From contig OY760505.1 of assembly GCA_963663545.1 (NCBI GenBank), forward strand, positions 325,937-389,936: 64,000 nucleotides of DNA, in the 5' to 3' direction. Below are positions 39,202 to 49,326 of the stretch, piece by piece. The DNA is from Candidatus Delongbacteria bacterium (GTDB lineage Bacteria > CAIWAD01). Position 1 is the stretch's first letter. Each line of letters begins with the position of its first letter. The position numbers were made by a program, and so were the translations under genes. Below the pieces are notes generated by a model. It ran no database searches, was not told the origin of the DNA, and saw nothing but the letters and a program-made list of their open reading frames with translations.

Positions 39202-39876
39202 CTACTTCAGCAAAGTGATTTTGTGCTGGGCGACACAATCACCCGCCTGCAGACGTACGATGTAGATGCCGCTGGCCAGCGCGCTTCCGATAAAGAGCGC
39301 CTGGTGCTCGCCGCTGTTCTGCAGGCCGTGATACAAGTCCGCCACCCTCTGTCCACGCAGGTTGTAAACGCAAAGGGAAGTCTCCTCCGTCTGCGCCAGC
39401 ACATAGTGGATCACCGTGCCGGGGTTGAAGGGATTGGGGTGTGCGCCCAGCAGCGCAAAACTGGCTGGCTGCTCATCGGCGGAAGCAACGGCCTCTTCGA
39501 TCACCTCGAACTCCGTCGACCAGAGCTCGCCTACATTGCCGCAGGCGTCCTGTACGTGAAAGTGAAACTGGTAGAAGCCCAGCTCCAGCTCGCAGGGCCA
39601 GTCGAAGTTGGCGCCGTAGCCCAGGGTCGTGTGCATGGGAACGCTGAGGCCAGCGCCCTCGGCAGTAATCGTGACCAGCGGCGCTTGCGCGCTCTGATCC
39701 GTCACACTGTATTCGACATAGATATCGGTGCCTTGGACGATCTGCGCGTCCAGCACGCTGTCCAGCGAAACCTGCGGCGCGACGGTGTCAATGACGCCGG
39801 GTGCGCTGTCGGCATAGCTGGCAAAAAGGGACGGGCAAGCGAGAAGGCTCGCCAGCACCAGAGTGCGGTAGTACAT
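39202..39876 (-). CDS. Small secreted Ig-like protein with T9SS sorting domain (FGE partner, 224 aa)
   Basis: MYYRTLVLASLLACPSLFA signal peptide, ~120-aa beta-sandwich, C-terminal ...GIYIVRLQAGDCVAQHKITLLK. 10-nt gap to the downstream FGE gene. Confidence 0.7.
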   Translation of the reverse strand: MYYRTLVLASLLACPSLFASYADSAPGVIDTVAPQVSLDSVLDAQIVQGTDIYVEYSVTDQSAQAPLVTITAEGAGLSVPMHTTLGYGANFDWPCELELGFYQFHFHVQDACGNVGELWSTEFEVIEEAVASADEQPASFALLGAHPNPFNPGTVIHYVLAQTEETSLCVYNLRGQRVADLYHGLQNSGEHQALFIGSALASGIYIVRLQAGDCVAQHKITLLK

Positions 39877-40217
39877 ACTCTCTCCTCGAACCTGGGGTGA
39901 ATCCCTGGCACACGGTGTTGTGCAGTGCTTTGTTGCTCCTGGGAATGGATGATTCTGCTATAACTGTCCGAGCAAGCCGTATGCCAACGGAGCATTATCG
40001 TTTACGGGCGCTAAGTGTTTGTTCCTTGCTTTAATATTTCCTGGGTGTGTGGGCGTGGAGCGCGCGCTGGTGCCGGATCTGGTACAATCTCCCCGACAGT
40101 CCAGACACAACAGCGCAGCTGTAGCCGATGCCCGGGCAACCATCGCAGCTCCCACAGAGCGCAACGGCAAAGGCTCGGCCAGAAGTTGTTGCTTCCATCA
40201 GGCGTGCGCGACTGCCG

Positions 40218-40250
40218 GACAGAGGCAAGCGGCCCGTCGGCTGACGGGTC
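40218..40250 (-). terminator. Conserved hairpin element 3' of FGE gene (gcggcccgtcgg-ctga-cgggtcgc + T-run on + strand)
   Basis: Inverted repeat ~45 nt after the stop of 40294..41532; paralogous copies at 42525 and 44842. Confidence 0.45.
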
Positions 40251-40293
40251 GCTTGATTTTTCTTGCGGGCCATGCCCGGCATGTGATACAAGA

Positions 40294-41532
40294 TCAGGGA
40301 TTGGCGGTACGGCAGACGCGGAAGCCCACGTGGCCGCTCGTGCGCGACGGGGAGTAGTGGCCGTCGCGATACGCACACCGGACGTACTCGGCAGCGTGGT
40401 TCCAGCTGCCACCCCGAATCACGCGGTAGGAGCTGCTCGATATTCCGTATGGATTCGACTGTGCCGAACTGCTATAGTTGCCATACCAATCACCGCACCA
40501 CTCCCCGACATTGCCCGCCAGGTCATAAAACCCGCGGCCAGATGGCGGATAGCTGCCTACGGGCGAGGTCCAGCCCACGCAGTAGCTGCTGCCGTTGTAG
40601 TAGTTCAGCAACGCGCAGTCGGGTGGTTCATTACCCCAGGGATAGCTGCGTTCGTCGTTCCACTGTGCCGCGTACTCCCACTCGGCCTCCGTGGGCAGGC
40701 GATAGCCCTGCGCCGTGTATGGATCATGGCTGGCCGACTGATTCCAGTTGCCCTGGTAGAATGCCGGCAGACCCTCCATCAAACTGCGCCAGTCGCAATA
40801 GCAGGCTGCCCCGTACCAGCTCACTTCCTTCACCGGGTGATCGGCCGGGTCATAGCCGCCGGGGTAGGCAAAGCCAGGACCCGAGAAGCCGCTGGTGTAC
40901 GAGCGTGCCACCAGATAGAACTGCTGGGTATTGGTGTTGAAGCCGATCTCGCAAAAGCTCGTGGCATACAGGTCAAGCAGCTCTACCCCGTAGGCCTGCA
41001 CGCTGCTGCTGGTTACGCTAACCAGCCCCTGGTTGAACGCCCACTGCATCGCGGCCAGATACTCGGCGTTGGTCACTTCATGGGTATCCAGGTAAAAATC
41101 TTGCGTCAGCGTGACTGTGTGTTCGGGTGTGGCCACATCAGAATCAGACTCGCCCATCACGAAGCTTCCGGCGGGAACGAGGATCATGCTCACCAGAGCC
41201 GCCGCTTCCGCATCAACACGCACCACCGCATTCTCGTGATACACGCTGCCCAGCCAGGCCTGCAGGTTGATGCTGGCGAAGTGTTCGCCGACGAGCATCT
41301 CGCCGAAGTCGCCCCCGAGGTACTGGTCGGGAACGGCCGTGAAGCTCACGCCGCCGTCCAGGGAGAGCAGCAGGCTGATATTCGCATCCTGCTCTGCCAG
41401 CGTGTAATGCACCGTCACTAGCCCGCTGCCGTCCTGCGCCTGAGCAAAGCTCACATCTGACACCGTTTGCGCCGCAGCAAAGCCTGCCAGCAATAGCGTC
41501 CACAGCAGGGCGATCATTGTATTTCGATTCAT
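40294..41532 (-). CDS. Secreted FGE-sulfatase domain protein, type A
   Basis: MNRNTMIALLWTLLLAGFAAAQ; HPVKEVSWYGAACYCDWRS, YRLPTEAEWEYAAQW, YDLAGNVGEWCGDWYG, RGGSWNHAAEYVRCAYR, GFRVCRTANP. Confidence 0.75.
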   Translation of the reverse strand: MNRNTMIALLWTLLLAGFAAAQTVSDVSFAQAQDGSGLVTVHYTLAEQDANISLLLSLDGGVSFTAVPDQYLGGDFGEMLVGEHFASINLQAWLGSVYHENAVVRVDAEAAALVSMILVPAGSFVMGESDSDVATPEHTVTLTQDFYLDTHEVTNAEYLAAMQWAFNQGLVSVTSSSVQAYGVELLDLYATSFCEIGFNTNTQQFYLVARSYTSGFSGPGFAYPGGYDPADHPVKEVSWYGAACYCDWRSLMEGLPAFYQGNWNQSASHDPYTAQGYRLPTEAEWEYAAQWNDERSYPWGNEPPDCALLNYYNGSSYCVGWTSPVGSYPPSGRGFYDLAGNVGEWCGDWYGNYSSSAQSNPYGISSSSYRVIRGGSWNHAAEYVRCAYRDGHYSPSRTSGHVGFRVCRTANP

Positions 41533-41541
41533 GCTTTCCCC

Positions 41542-42216
41542 CTACTTCAGCAAAGTGATTTTCTGCTGGGCCACGCGCTCGCCCGCCTGCAGACGTACGA
41601 TGTAGATGCCGCTGGCCAGCGCGCTGCCGTCAAAGAGCGCCTGGTGCTCGCCGCTGTCCTGCAGGCCGTGGTACAATTCCGCCACACGCTGACCGCGCAG
41701 GTTGTAGACCTCGAGCGAAGCCTCGGCGGTCTGCGCCAGTGCGTAGCGAATCACCGTGCCGGGGTTGAAGGGGTTGGGATGCGCGCCCAACAGCGCAAAG
41801 CTGGCCGGCTGCTCATCGGCGGAAGCAACGGCCTCTTCGATCACCTCGAACTCCGTCGACCAGAGCTCGCCTACATTGCCGCAGGCGTCCTGTACGTGAA
41901 AGTGAAACTGGTAGATGCCCAGCTCTAGCTCACAGGGCCAGTTGAAGTTGGCGCCGTAGCCCAGGGTTGTGTGCATGGGAACGCTGAGGCCAGCGCCCTC
42001 GGCTGTAATTGTGACCAGCGGCGCTTGCGCGCTCTGGTCTGTCACGCTGTACTCAACGTAGACGTCGGTGCCGTAGACGATCTGCGCGTCCAGCACGCTG
42101 TCCAGCGAAACCTGTGGCGCAACGGTGTCAATGACGCCGGGTGCGCTGTCGGCATAGCTGGCAAAAAGGGACGGGCAGGCGAGAAGGCTCGCCAGCACCA
42201 AAGTGCGGTAGTACAT
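41542..42216 (-). CDS. Small secreted Ig-like protein with T9SS sorting domain (FGE partner)
   Basis: Start set at MYYRTLVLASLLACPSLFA. ~93% nt identity to 39202..39876. Ends ...RVAQQKITLLK. Confidence 0.7.
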   Translation of the reverse strand: MYYRTLVLASLLACPSLFASYADSAPGVIDTVAPQVSLDSVLDAQIVYGTDVYVEYSVTDQSAQAPLVTITAEGAGLSVPMHTTLGYGANFNWPCELELGIYQFHFHVQDACGNVGELWSTEFEVIEEAVASADEQPASFALLGAHPNPFNPGTVIRYALAQTAEASLEVYNLRGQRVAELYHGLQDSGEHQALFDGSALASGIYIVRLQAGERVAQQKITLLK

Positions 42217-42524
42217 ACTCTCTCCTCGAATCCGTGCGAATCCCTCACAGTGGCGCTGCGGCAGGATTCTGTGTTTGCTGAAAACGAAATCTGATTTTGC
42301 TGCTACGCTTGATTGCAAGCTTCATACCAATTCCTGCAATGCGTGCCGGAATTGGCAACTGTTATAATTCCAAGTAGATGCTTCGCTAATTCGGTGTTGC
42401 AGAAATGCAAGTGTGCCGGATACGCGACAGAAGTACAGAACAGCGCGAACACTATTACGCCTGCGGCGGGAATGGGACACGGCTTTGGAGGGTGGACCGA
42501 TTCAGGTGCCTTGTCTGTGCACAC

Positions 42525-42555
42525 AAAGAAAGCGACCCGCCGACTAACGGGTCGC
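42525..42555 (-). terminator. Bidirectional hairpin terminator (gcgacccg-ccgactaa-cgggtcgc; T-runs on both strands)
   Basis: Perfect 8-bp stem ~45 nt downstream of the stop of 42597..43817. Minus strand continues with tttctttgtgt, plus strand with ttgattttcc. Confidence 0.55.
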
Positions 42556-42596
42556 TTGATTTTCCTTGCGGGCCATGCCCGGCATGTGATACAAGA

Positions 42597-43817
42597 TCAG
42601 GGATTGGCCGTACGGCAGACGCGGAAGCCCACTTGGTAGCTCATTCCATTCGGGCTGTTGCCATTGCGGTACGCACACCGGACGTACGTGGCAGAGCTGC
42701 TCCAGGCTCCACCTCGACGCACGCGAGCATTAATGCCATCAATTCCGTATGGATTGGATTGAGGGGAGCTGCTGTAGCTTCCAAACCAATCTCCGCACCA
42801 CTCATAGAGATTGCCCGCCATGTCGCAGAAGCCAAGGTCTGTAGCCGGATAACTGCCCACCGGGGTGGTCCAGGCCACACAGTTGTTGTAGTTCAACCGC
42901 TCGCAGATCGGCAAGTCATTGCCCCAGGGGTATTCTCTATTATCGTCCCACTGGGCGGCGTACTCCCACTCTGCCTCCGTGGGTAGGCGGTAGCCCAGGG
43001 CCAGATAAGGATCATGGCTCAGGTCTTGATTCCAGTTGCCCTGGTAGAAGGCGGGTAGGCCATCCATCAGGCTGCGCCAGTCGCAATAGCAGGCGGCGCC
43101 GAACCAGCTGACTTCCTTCACCGGGTGATTAGCCGGGTCGTAGCCGTCGGGATAGGCAACGCCGGGCCCCCATAAGCCACCGCTCGTGCGCGCAACCAGA
43201 TAGAACTGCTGGATGCTGGCATCGAAGGCAATCTCGCAGTAGTCGGTAGCGTTCAGGTCCAGCAGCTGCTTACCATAGGCCTGCACGCTGCTGCTGCTGG
43301 CGGTCACCAGGCCCTGGTTGTACGCCCACTGCAGCGCGGCCAGGTACTCGGCATTGGTCACCTCGCAGCGTCCCAGGTAGAAGTCGTTCGTTAGTGTGAC
43401 CTGATGCTCAGGTGATGAAAAATATATGCCCTCCTGCCCCATCATGTAGCTGCCGGCGGGAACGAGGATCATGCTCACCAGAGCCGCCGCTTCCGCATCA
43501 ACACGCACCACCGCATTCTCGTGATACACGCTGCCCAGCCAGGCCTGCAGGTTGATGCTGGCGAAGTGTTCTCCGACGAGCATCTCGCCGAAGTCGCCCC
43601 CAAGGTACTGGTCGGGAACGGCCGTGAAGCTCACGCCTCCGTCCAGGGAGAGCAGCAGGCTGATGTTCGCGTCCTGGTCCGCCAGCCGGTAGTGCACCTG
43701 TAGCCAGCCGGGTGTGGTACTGTCCTGATAAAAGCCCACTTCCGACACGGTTTGCGCCATCGTGACACACGCCATCAGCAGTCCGAGCAGCAGGGCGATG
43801 CAGGTAGTCTTCTTCAT
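42597..43817 (-). CDS. Secreted FGE-sulfatase domain protein, type A
   Basis: MKKTTCIALLLGLLMACVTMAQ; HPVKEVSWFGAACYCDWRS, YRLPTEAEWEYAAQW, CDMAGNLYEWCGDWFG, GFRVCRTANP. Confidence 0.75.
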   Translation of the reverse strand: MKKTTCIALLLGLLMACVTMAQTVSEVGFYQDSTTPGWLQVHYRLADQDANISLLLSLDGGVSFTAVPDQYLGGDFGEMLVGEHFASINLQAWLGSVYHENAVVRVDAEAAALVSMILVPAGSYMMGQEGIYFSSPEHQVTLTNDFYLGRCEVTNAEYLAALQWAYNQGLVTASSSSVQAYGKQLLDLNATDYCEIAFDASIQQFYLVARTSGGLWGPGVAYPDGYDPANHPVKEVSWFGAACYCDWRSLMDGLPAFYQGNWNQDLSHDPYLALGYRLPTEAEWEYAAQWDDNREYPWGNDLPICERLNYNNCVAWTTPVGSYPATDLGFCDMAGNLYEWCGDWFGSYSSSPQSNPYGIDGINARVRRGGAWSSSATYVRCAYRNGNSPNGMSYQVGFRVCRTANP

Positions 43818-43830
43818 TTCTCTTCCCCCC

Positions 43831-44505
43831 CTACTTCAGCAAAGTGATTTTGTGCTGGGCCACGCGCTCGCCCGCCTGCAGCCGTACGATGTAGATGCCG
43901 CTGGCCAGCGCGCTGCCGTCGAAAAAGACCTGGTGCTCGCCGCTGTCCTGCAGGCCGTGATACAAGTCCGCCACCCGCTGTCCACGCAGGTTGTAGACGC
44001 AGAGGGAAGTCTCCTCCGTCTGCGCCAGCGCATAGTGGATTACCGTGCCTGGGTTGAAGGGGTTGGGATGTGCTCCCAACAGCGCAAAACTGGCTGGCTG
44101 CTCATCGGCGGAAGCAACGGCCTCTTCGATCACCTCGAACTCTGTCGACCACGTGTCACAGAAGTTGCCGCAGGCGTCCTGTACGTGAAAGTGAAACTGG
44201 TAAATGCCTAGCTCCAGCTCGCAGGGCCAGTTGAAGTTGGCGCCGTAGCCCAGGGTTGTGTGCATGGGAACGCTGAGGCCAGCGCCCTCGGCAGTAATTG
44301 TGACCAGCGGCGCTTGCGCGCTCTGATCCGTCACGCTGTACTCAACGTAGACGTCGGTGCCTTGGACGAGCTGCGCGTCCAGCACGCTGTCCAGCGAAAC
44401 CTGCGGTGCGACGGTGTCAATGACGCCGGGTGCGCTGTCGGCATAGCTGGCAAAAAGGGACGGGCAGGCGAGAAGGCAAGCAAGCATCAACGTGCGAACA
44501 GTCAT
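43831..44505 (-). CDS. Small secreted Ig-like protein with T9SS sorting domain (FGE partner)
   Basis: Start set at MTVRTLMLACLLACPSLFA. Near-identical to the other partner genes. Ends ...RVAQHKITLLK. Confidence 0.7.
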   Translation of the reverse strand: MTVRTLMLACLLACPSLFASYADSAPGVIDTVAPQVSLDSVLDAQLVQGTDVYVEYSVTDQSAQAPLVTITAEGAGLSVPMHTTLGYGANFNWPCELELGIYQFHFHVQDACGNFCDTWSTEFEVIEEAVASADEQPASFALLGAHPNPFNPGTVIHYALAQTEETSLCVYNLRGQRVADLYHGLQDSGEHQVFFDGSALASGIYIVRLQAGERVAQHKITLLK

Positions 44506-44841
44506 GATCACTCCTCGATTCCGCACAGTCTTACACCTAGCTGTAGGCTGCGGTGAATGCTGTTGTAGGTTATAGATCGATTTTGCTGAAGCGCAGAGCG
44601 CAAATGATGTGCCATTTTCGTCACACACCTTCGCGTTTGAACAATTGTTCAAATTTCAAGCAGATAGCAACCAGAGAATTGAGGAAGAAAAGGCCTCGTG
44701 TGCCGGATTTTCTACAGAATTAGGCTCAGACTGAACAATATTTCGCGAACCTTTCCATTGCTTGGTGGATATCGAGCCAGAATGCCGAAGCTCCATCCAT
44801 GTACGCACAACGGGCACTTCTACTCGTGCACAGAGCAAGGC

Positions 44842-45000
44842 GACCCGCCAGCTGACGGGTCGCAGAAGGTTCGAATTCCAAAACATGAAGGCAGCCAACT
44901 GTATCCGGTCACGGCTGGAAGCCCCTCCCTCAGGCTTAGCCAGTCGCAATAACAGGCGGCGCCGTGCCAGCGGACTTCCTTCACCGGGTGAGAGGTGCTT
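44842..45000 (-). pseudogene. Relic of an FGE-domain gene 3' part plus its conserved downstream hairpin (deletion remnant)
   Basis: ...GSTSHPVKEVRWHGAACYCDWLSLREGLPA... fragment with no N-terminus or start. The hairpin gcgacccgccagctgacgggtcgc is retained. Confidence 0.55.
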
Positions 45001-45081
45001 CCAGAGCGCGGGTGAGCCCCGAAGCCAACAGCAGAAGCAGAGCAAACAGTGTTGTGAGCTTCCTCATGGTCTCCTCTCAAG

Positions 45082-46284
45082 TCAGGGGTTGACAGTTCGG
45101 GCGGCGCGAAAACCCACTCCGCTGCTCGCGTACAAGGGGTCGCTGTTGCGTCGATGCGCACACTGGACGTTTGTGTCATCGCCGGTCCAGCAGCCACCCC
45201 GAATCACTCGAGAGGGGCTACCAGCAATTCCGTATGGATTGGTTTGGTTTGAGCTGCTATAGCTGCCATACCCATCACCGCACCACTCCCGGATGTTCCC
45301 CGCGAGATCTGAAAAACCACGTCCCGTCAGCGGATAGTTGCCAACCGGGGAGGTCCAGCCTATGCAGTAGCTGCCGCCGTCGTGGTAATTCAGCAATGCG
45401 CAGGTGGGGGATTCATTTCCCCAGGGGTAGCTACGTTCATCGTCCCACTGCGCCGCATATTCCCATTCAGCCTCCGTCGGCAAACGGTAGCCCTGCGCCA
45501 GATAGGGATCGTGGCTGGCGCTTTGATCCCAGTTGCCCTGATAGAACGCGGGCAAGCCCTCGCGCAGGCTACGCCAGTCGCAGTAACACGCGGCCCCGTA
45601 CCAGCTGACTTCCTTCACCGGGTGATCGGCCGGGTCGTAGCCGCCGGGGTAGGCGAATCCAGGCCCCCAGCTACCACTGTTGTATGAGCGCGCCACCAGA
45701 TAGAACTGCTGTGTACTCGTGTTGAATGCGATCTCGCAGTAGTTAGTGGCATCCAGATTGAGCAGCTCCACACCGTAGGCCTGTACGCTGCTGCTGTCAG
45801 CAGTCACCAGGTCCTGCCCTAGAGCCCACTGCAAGGCTTCCATGTACTGCTGGTTGGTCACCTCATGTGCGTCCAGGTAGAAGTCGTAGGTCAGGTGTAC
45901 CGTGTGCTCCGGCGTGGCCACACCAGCCTGTCCCATCGTGAAGCTACCGGCGGGTACGAACACCATGTCGCCTAACTCGCCGATAGCTACAACATTGAAG
46001 CTGCCGAATCGAGACGGCTGAAACAGCGAGTCCCACCCCGTAGGCAGGGCGAATTGGCAGCTAGTTGTATCGGTCCAGGCCAGCAGCGAGTCGGGGCCCG
46101 TCCACTGGGTTCTCCCCCGAACCTGATAGGAGACCGCCCCTGCTACGGAAATCCAGTCCAGCCTGACGCAAGTAGTGTCGCCGTCACACGCGGCAGTGAT
46201 GGAGACCTGCGGAGCGTCCAGCGCAAAAACAGCCACCAGCGGGATCAGCCACACAGCAGCCATGACAAGCACATTCCTCATCAT
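45082..46284 (-). CDS. Secreted FGE-sulfatase domain protein, type B (FN3-like N-terminal domain)
   Basis: Start set at MMRNVLVMAAVWLIPLVAVFA. HPVKEVSWYGAACYCDWRS, YRLPTEAEWEYAAQW, GFRAARTVNP. Confidence 0.7.
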   Translation of the reverse strand: MMRNVLVMAAVWLIPLVAVFALDAPQVSITAACDGDTTCVRLDWISVAGAVSYQVRGRTQWTGPDSLLAWTDTTSCQFALPTGWDSLFQPSRFGSFNVVAIGELGDMVFVPAGSFTMGQAGVATPEHTVHLTYDFYLDAHEVTNQQYMEALQWALGQDLVTADSSSVQAYGVELLNLDATNYCEIAFNTSTQQFYLVARSYNSGSWGPGFAYPGGYDPADHPVKEVSWYGAACYCDWRSLREGLPAFYQGNWDQSASHDPYLAQGYRLPTEAEWEYAAQWDDERSYPWGNESPTCALLNYHDGGSYCIGWTSPVGNYPLTGRGFSDLAGNIREWCGDGYGSYSSSNQTNPYGIAGSPSRVIRGGCWTGDDTNVQCAHRRNSDPLYASSGVGFRAARTVNP

Positions 46285-46963
46285 TCTCTCCTGTTTCTTT
46301 CGTCGTCGTGTTTTGATCTCTGCTCGGGTTTCTGCTCTGCGCCCTACCACTCGCCAGCGATCCATCCGCCTACGGCCCTATGCGCAACGCGTGTGCGGCA
46401 TGGCAGCAGATGTACTCAGCGGGTACGGCTGTTGGTCGGCAACTCAACGTGACTGGTAATCAATGCCAGGTAGAACAGCATGGCCGTCCGCGAAAGTGTC
46501 CACGGGCGTGTCACCCCATGTACTCCCGCGACTCCCCGTCTTGCTGCAAAACGGGACGACTCTGTGATTTCGTTGCTATTTCTGGTCTTGCTGCAATACT
46601 GTTGCGCAATCGGCAGACCAGTTTGCCTCCGCTGCGTGCTTGAGCGTAATGACACTATTTTCAGTCAGATATCAGCTGCGGTCAGACCGGCTTTTCCTGT
46701 ACATGCCGGATATTCACCAAATTGGGCGTCGGCATGAACACCTAGGAGCAGCGTTCTCCAGCAATCACACTTTCAGTCTGGTTGCTCATGGGACAAGCAA
46801 CCCGTCAGCTAGCAAGTCGAAGTGGGAACTCTATCGTACCAGGCAGCGAGGCTGTCCGCCGTGACACACGCTCACTCGCGTCCTGTCTACCCTGGACATC
46901 TTCAATACGCGAGAGTTGGCGCAGCAAACTCCAACGGACCGGCGATTGTGTCACGCGGTAACA

Positions 46964-48103
46964 CTAATCGACGGTACGCACGCAGCGAAAACCGCAGTCG
47001 CTGTACGCGCTCGTAGGCGTTTCGTTGTCGCGGTACGCACAGCGGGCGTAGCTGGCATTGTCGTTCCAATCTCCCCCGCGCAGCGCACGAGCCGTGCCGC
47101 TCGCATTTCCGTATGGATTAGTCTGAGTCGAGCTGCTGTAGTCCCCATACCAATCGCCGCACCACTCCCAGACATTGCCCGCCAGATCGTAAAACCCACG
47201 TCCCGTCGCCGGATAACTGCCCACCGGGGTGGTCCAACCCACACAGTTGTTGTAGTTCTGCCGTTCGCAGGAAGGGGATTCATTGCCCCAGGGGTAGCTA
47301 CGCTCATCGTCCCATTGCGCGGCGTACTCCCACTCCGCTTCCGTCGGTAGACGATAGCCCTGTGCCATGTAGGGATCGTGGCTCGCGTCAATATTCCAGT
47401 TGCCCTGGTAGAAGGCGGGCAAGCCTTCCCTCAGGCTGCGCCAATCGCAGTAACACGCGGCTCCGTACCAAGTGACCTCGATCACCGGGTGTTGCTCGCT
47501 CCCCGCATCCACGCTGAACTGGGACCCGGAGTAGGAGATCTCGCAATCAATATCATCCAGGTCCAGCAGCTCCAGTCCGTAAGCCTGCACGCTGCTGCTG
47601 CTGGCAGTGACCAATCCCTGGTCGTACGCCCACTGCAGGGCCTCTACGTATTCCTGGTTGCTCACCTCGTACTGTCCCAGGTAGAAGTCGTGGCTCAGGG
47701 TCACGGTGTGTTCCGGCTCGGCCACGCCCACCTGTCCCATGACGAACTCACCGGCAGGCACGAGCACCAGCGGCATCTCCTCCACCGTCGTCACCGCGCG
47801 CACGGAAAAGAGCCGCGCCACGTTGGGGCGTACGCGACCGACCTGCAGCATGGGCACGCGCAGACTGTACTCGCAGTTGGTGGTCGTGGTCAGCAGCGAG
47901 TCCGTCTGCCAGGCGGCGTTGCGCGGGTCGCGGTGGTAGAGCTCGTAATACTCAGCGCCGCTGACGCTGGGCCAGGAAAGCTGCACCTGCACGCAATCCA
48001 GATCCGGGTTGTACTGGGTGCTCAGGCTGAGCTGGGGCGTCTCCAGAGCGTGCGCGAGCCCGGCGGTCAGCAGCAGGGCAAACAAGGTGATACGTCGCAG
48101 CAT
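46964..48103 (-). CDS. Secreted FGE-sulfatase domain protein, type B
   Basis: MLRRITLFALLLTAGLAHA. HPVIEVTWYGAACYCDWRS, YRLPTEAEWEYAAQW, YDLAGNVWEWCGDWYG, GFRCVRTVD. Confidence 0.7.
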   Translation of the reverse strand: MLRRITLFALLLTAGLAHALETPQLSLSTQYNPDLDCVQVQLSWPSVSGAEYYELYHRDPRNAAWQTDSLLTTTTNCEYSLRVPMLQVGRVRPNVARLFSVRAVTTVEEMPLVLVPAGEFVMGQVGVAEPEHTVTLSHDFYLGQYEVSNQEYVEALQWAYDQGLVTASSSSVQAYGLELLDLDDIDCEISYSGSQFSVDAGSEQHPVIEVTWYGAACYCDWRSLREGLPAFYQGNWNIDASHDPYMAQGYRLPTEAEWEYAAQWDDERSYPWGNESPSCERQNYNNCVGWTTPVGSYPATGRGFYDLAGNVWEWCGDWYGDYSSSTQTNPYGNASGTARALRGGDWNDNASYARCAYRDNETPTSAYSDCGFRCVRTVD

Positions 48104-48120
48104 GATGGATCCTTTTGAGT

Positions 48121-49326
48121 TCAGGGGTTGGCGGTGCGACAGACGCGGAAGCCCATGCGGCTGAACGCGACCGACGGGGCAGCGAAATGGCGACTTGCGC
48201 AGAGCAGGTACGACGCGTTGTTACCCCAGCTGCTGTCCCGGCTCACACGGAGGGAGCCGCTTGGGGGCCCCGTCGGATTGCTCACGCTATCGCTGCTGTA
48301 GCTGCCAAACCAATCGCCGCACCATTCGGAGACATTACCGCCCAGGTCGTAGAAACCAAGGCCCGTCGCTGGATAGCCGCCTACCGGAGTAGTCCACCCC
48401 ACGCAGAAGCTACTGCCGAGAAAGCAGTTCACCACCTCACAACTGGGGGACTGATCGCCCCAAGGGTAAGTACGCTCGTCGTTGAACTGGGCCGCATACT
48501 CCCACTCAGCCTCTGTGGGCAGACGGTAGCCCTGAGCCAGATAGGGATCGTGGCTGGCGCTTTGATTCCAGTTGCCCTGGTAGAAAGCTGGCAAGCCCTC
48601 CCTCATACTGCGCCAGTCGCAGTAGCAAGCGGCCCCGTACCAGCTGACGTCCTTCACCGGGTGATGGGCAGGGTCGTAGCCCTCGGGGTAGGCAAAACCT
48701 GGGCCGAAGGTGCCAGTGTTGGTGGTGCGTGGTACTAGAGTGAACTGTTGAAGGCTTGAGTCGAAGGCAATCTCGCAGGACTCGACATCACCAATGGCGA
48801 GCAGCCCCGCGCCATCAGCCTCGACTCTCGTGTCGGTCACCGTTACCAGGCCCTGATCGTAGGCCCACTGCAGGGCCTCCATGTACTCCTGGTTGGTCAC
48901 CTCGTAGCGTCCCAAGTAAAAGTCTTGCGTCAGGGTCGCCGTGTGTTCCGGCTCGGACACGCCCACCTGCCCCATGAGGAAGCTGCCCGCAGGTACGAGC
49001 ACCAGCGGGGACAGCACCGCCCGCACGGAAAAAAGCCGCGCCACGTTGGGGCGCACGCGGCCGATCTGAATCATGGGCACGCGCAGGCTATACGCGCAGT
49101 TGGTGGTCGTGGTCAGCAGCGAGTCCGTCTGCCAGGCAGCGTTGCGCGGGTCGCGGTAGTAGACTTCGTAAACCTCGGCGCCGCTGACGCTGGGCCAGGA
49201 AAGCTGCACCTGCACACAATCCAGTTCAGGGTTGTACTGGGTGCTCAGGCTGAGCTGGGGTGCTTCCAGCGCGTGCGCGAGCCCGGCGGCCAGCAGCAGG
49301 GCAAACATTGTGATGCGGTGCGTCAT
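48121..49326 (-). CDS. Secreted FGE-sulfatase domain protein, type B
   Basis: Start set at MTHRITMFALLLAAGLAHA (the upstream 50-aa extension is rejected). HPVKDVSWYGAACYCDWRS, YRLPTEAEWEYAAQF, GFRVCRTANP. Confidence 0.7.
   Translation of the reverse strand: MTHRITMFALLLAAGLAHALEAPQLSLSTQYNPELDCVQVQLSWPSVSGAEVYEVYYRDPRNAAWQTDSLLTTTTNCAYSLRVPMIQIGRVRPNVARLFSVRAVLSPLVLVPAGSFLMGQVGVSEPEHTATLTQDFYLGRYEVTNQEYMEALQWAYDQGLVTVTDTRVEADGAGLLAIGDVESCEIAFDSSLQQFTLVPRTTNTGTFGPGFAYPEGYDPAHHPVKDVSWYGAACYCDWRSMREGLPAFYQGNWNQSASHDPYLAQGYRLPTEAEWEYAAQFNDERTYPWGDQSPSCEVVNCFLGSSFCVGWTTPVGGYPATGLGFYDLGGNVSEWCGDWFGSYSSDSVSNPTGPPSGSLRVSRDSSWGNNASYLLCASRHFAAPSVAFSRMGFRVCRTANP

Noticed and set aside
39877-40293. Small + strand ORFs in FGE intergenic spacers (40019..40357, 42313..42639, 44762..45262 etc.) as a possible small-protein gene family
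   Set aside because: Their conservation is explained by the conserved 3' hairpin element and the 3' coding ends of the minus-strand FGE genes. They have no start context and overlap real genes.
46366-46963. ~600-bp gap in the FGE array as a possible missing gene or RNA
   Set aside because: No ORF with coherent codon usage and no structured RNA signal. It is probably the promoter/5' UTR of 45082..46284, or a deletion scar.
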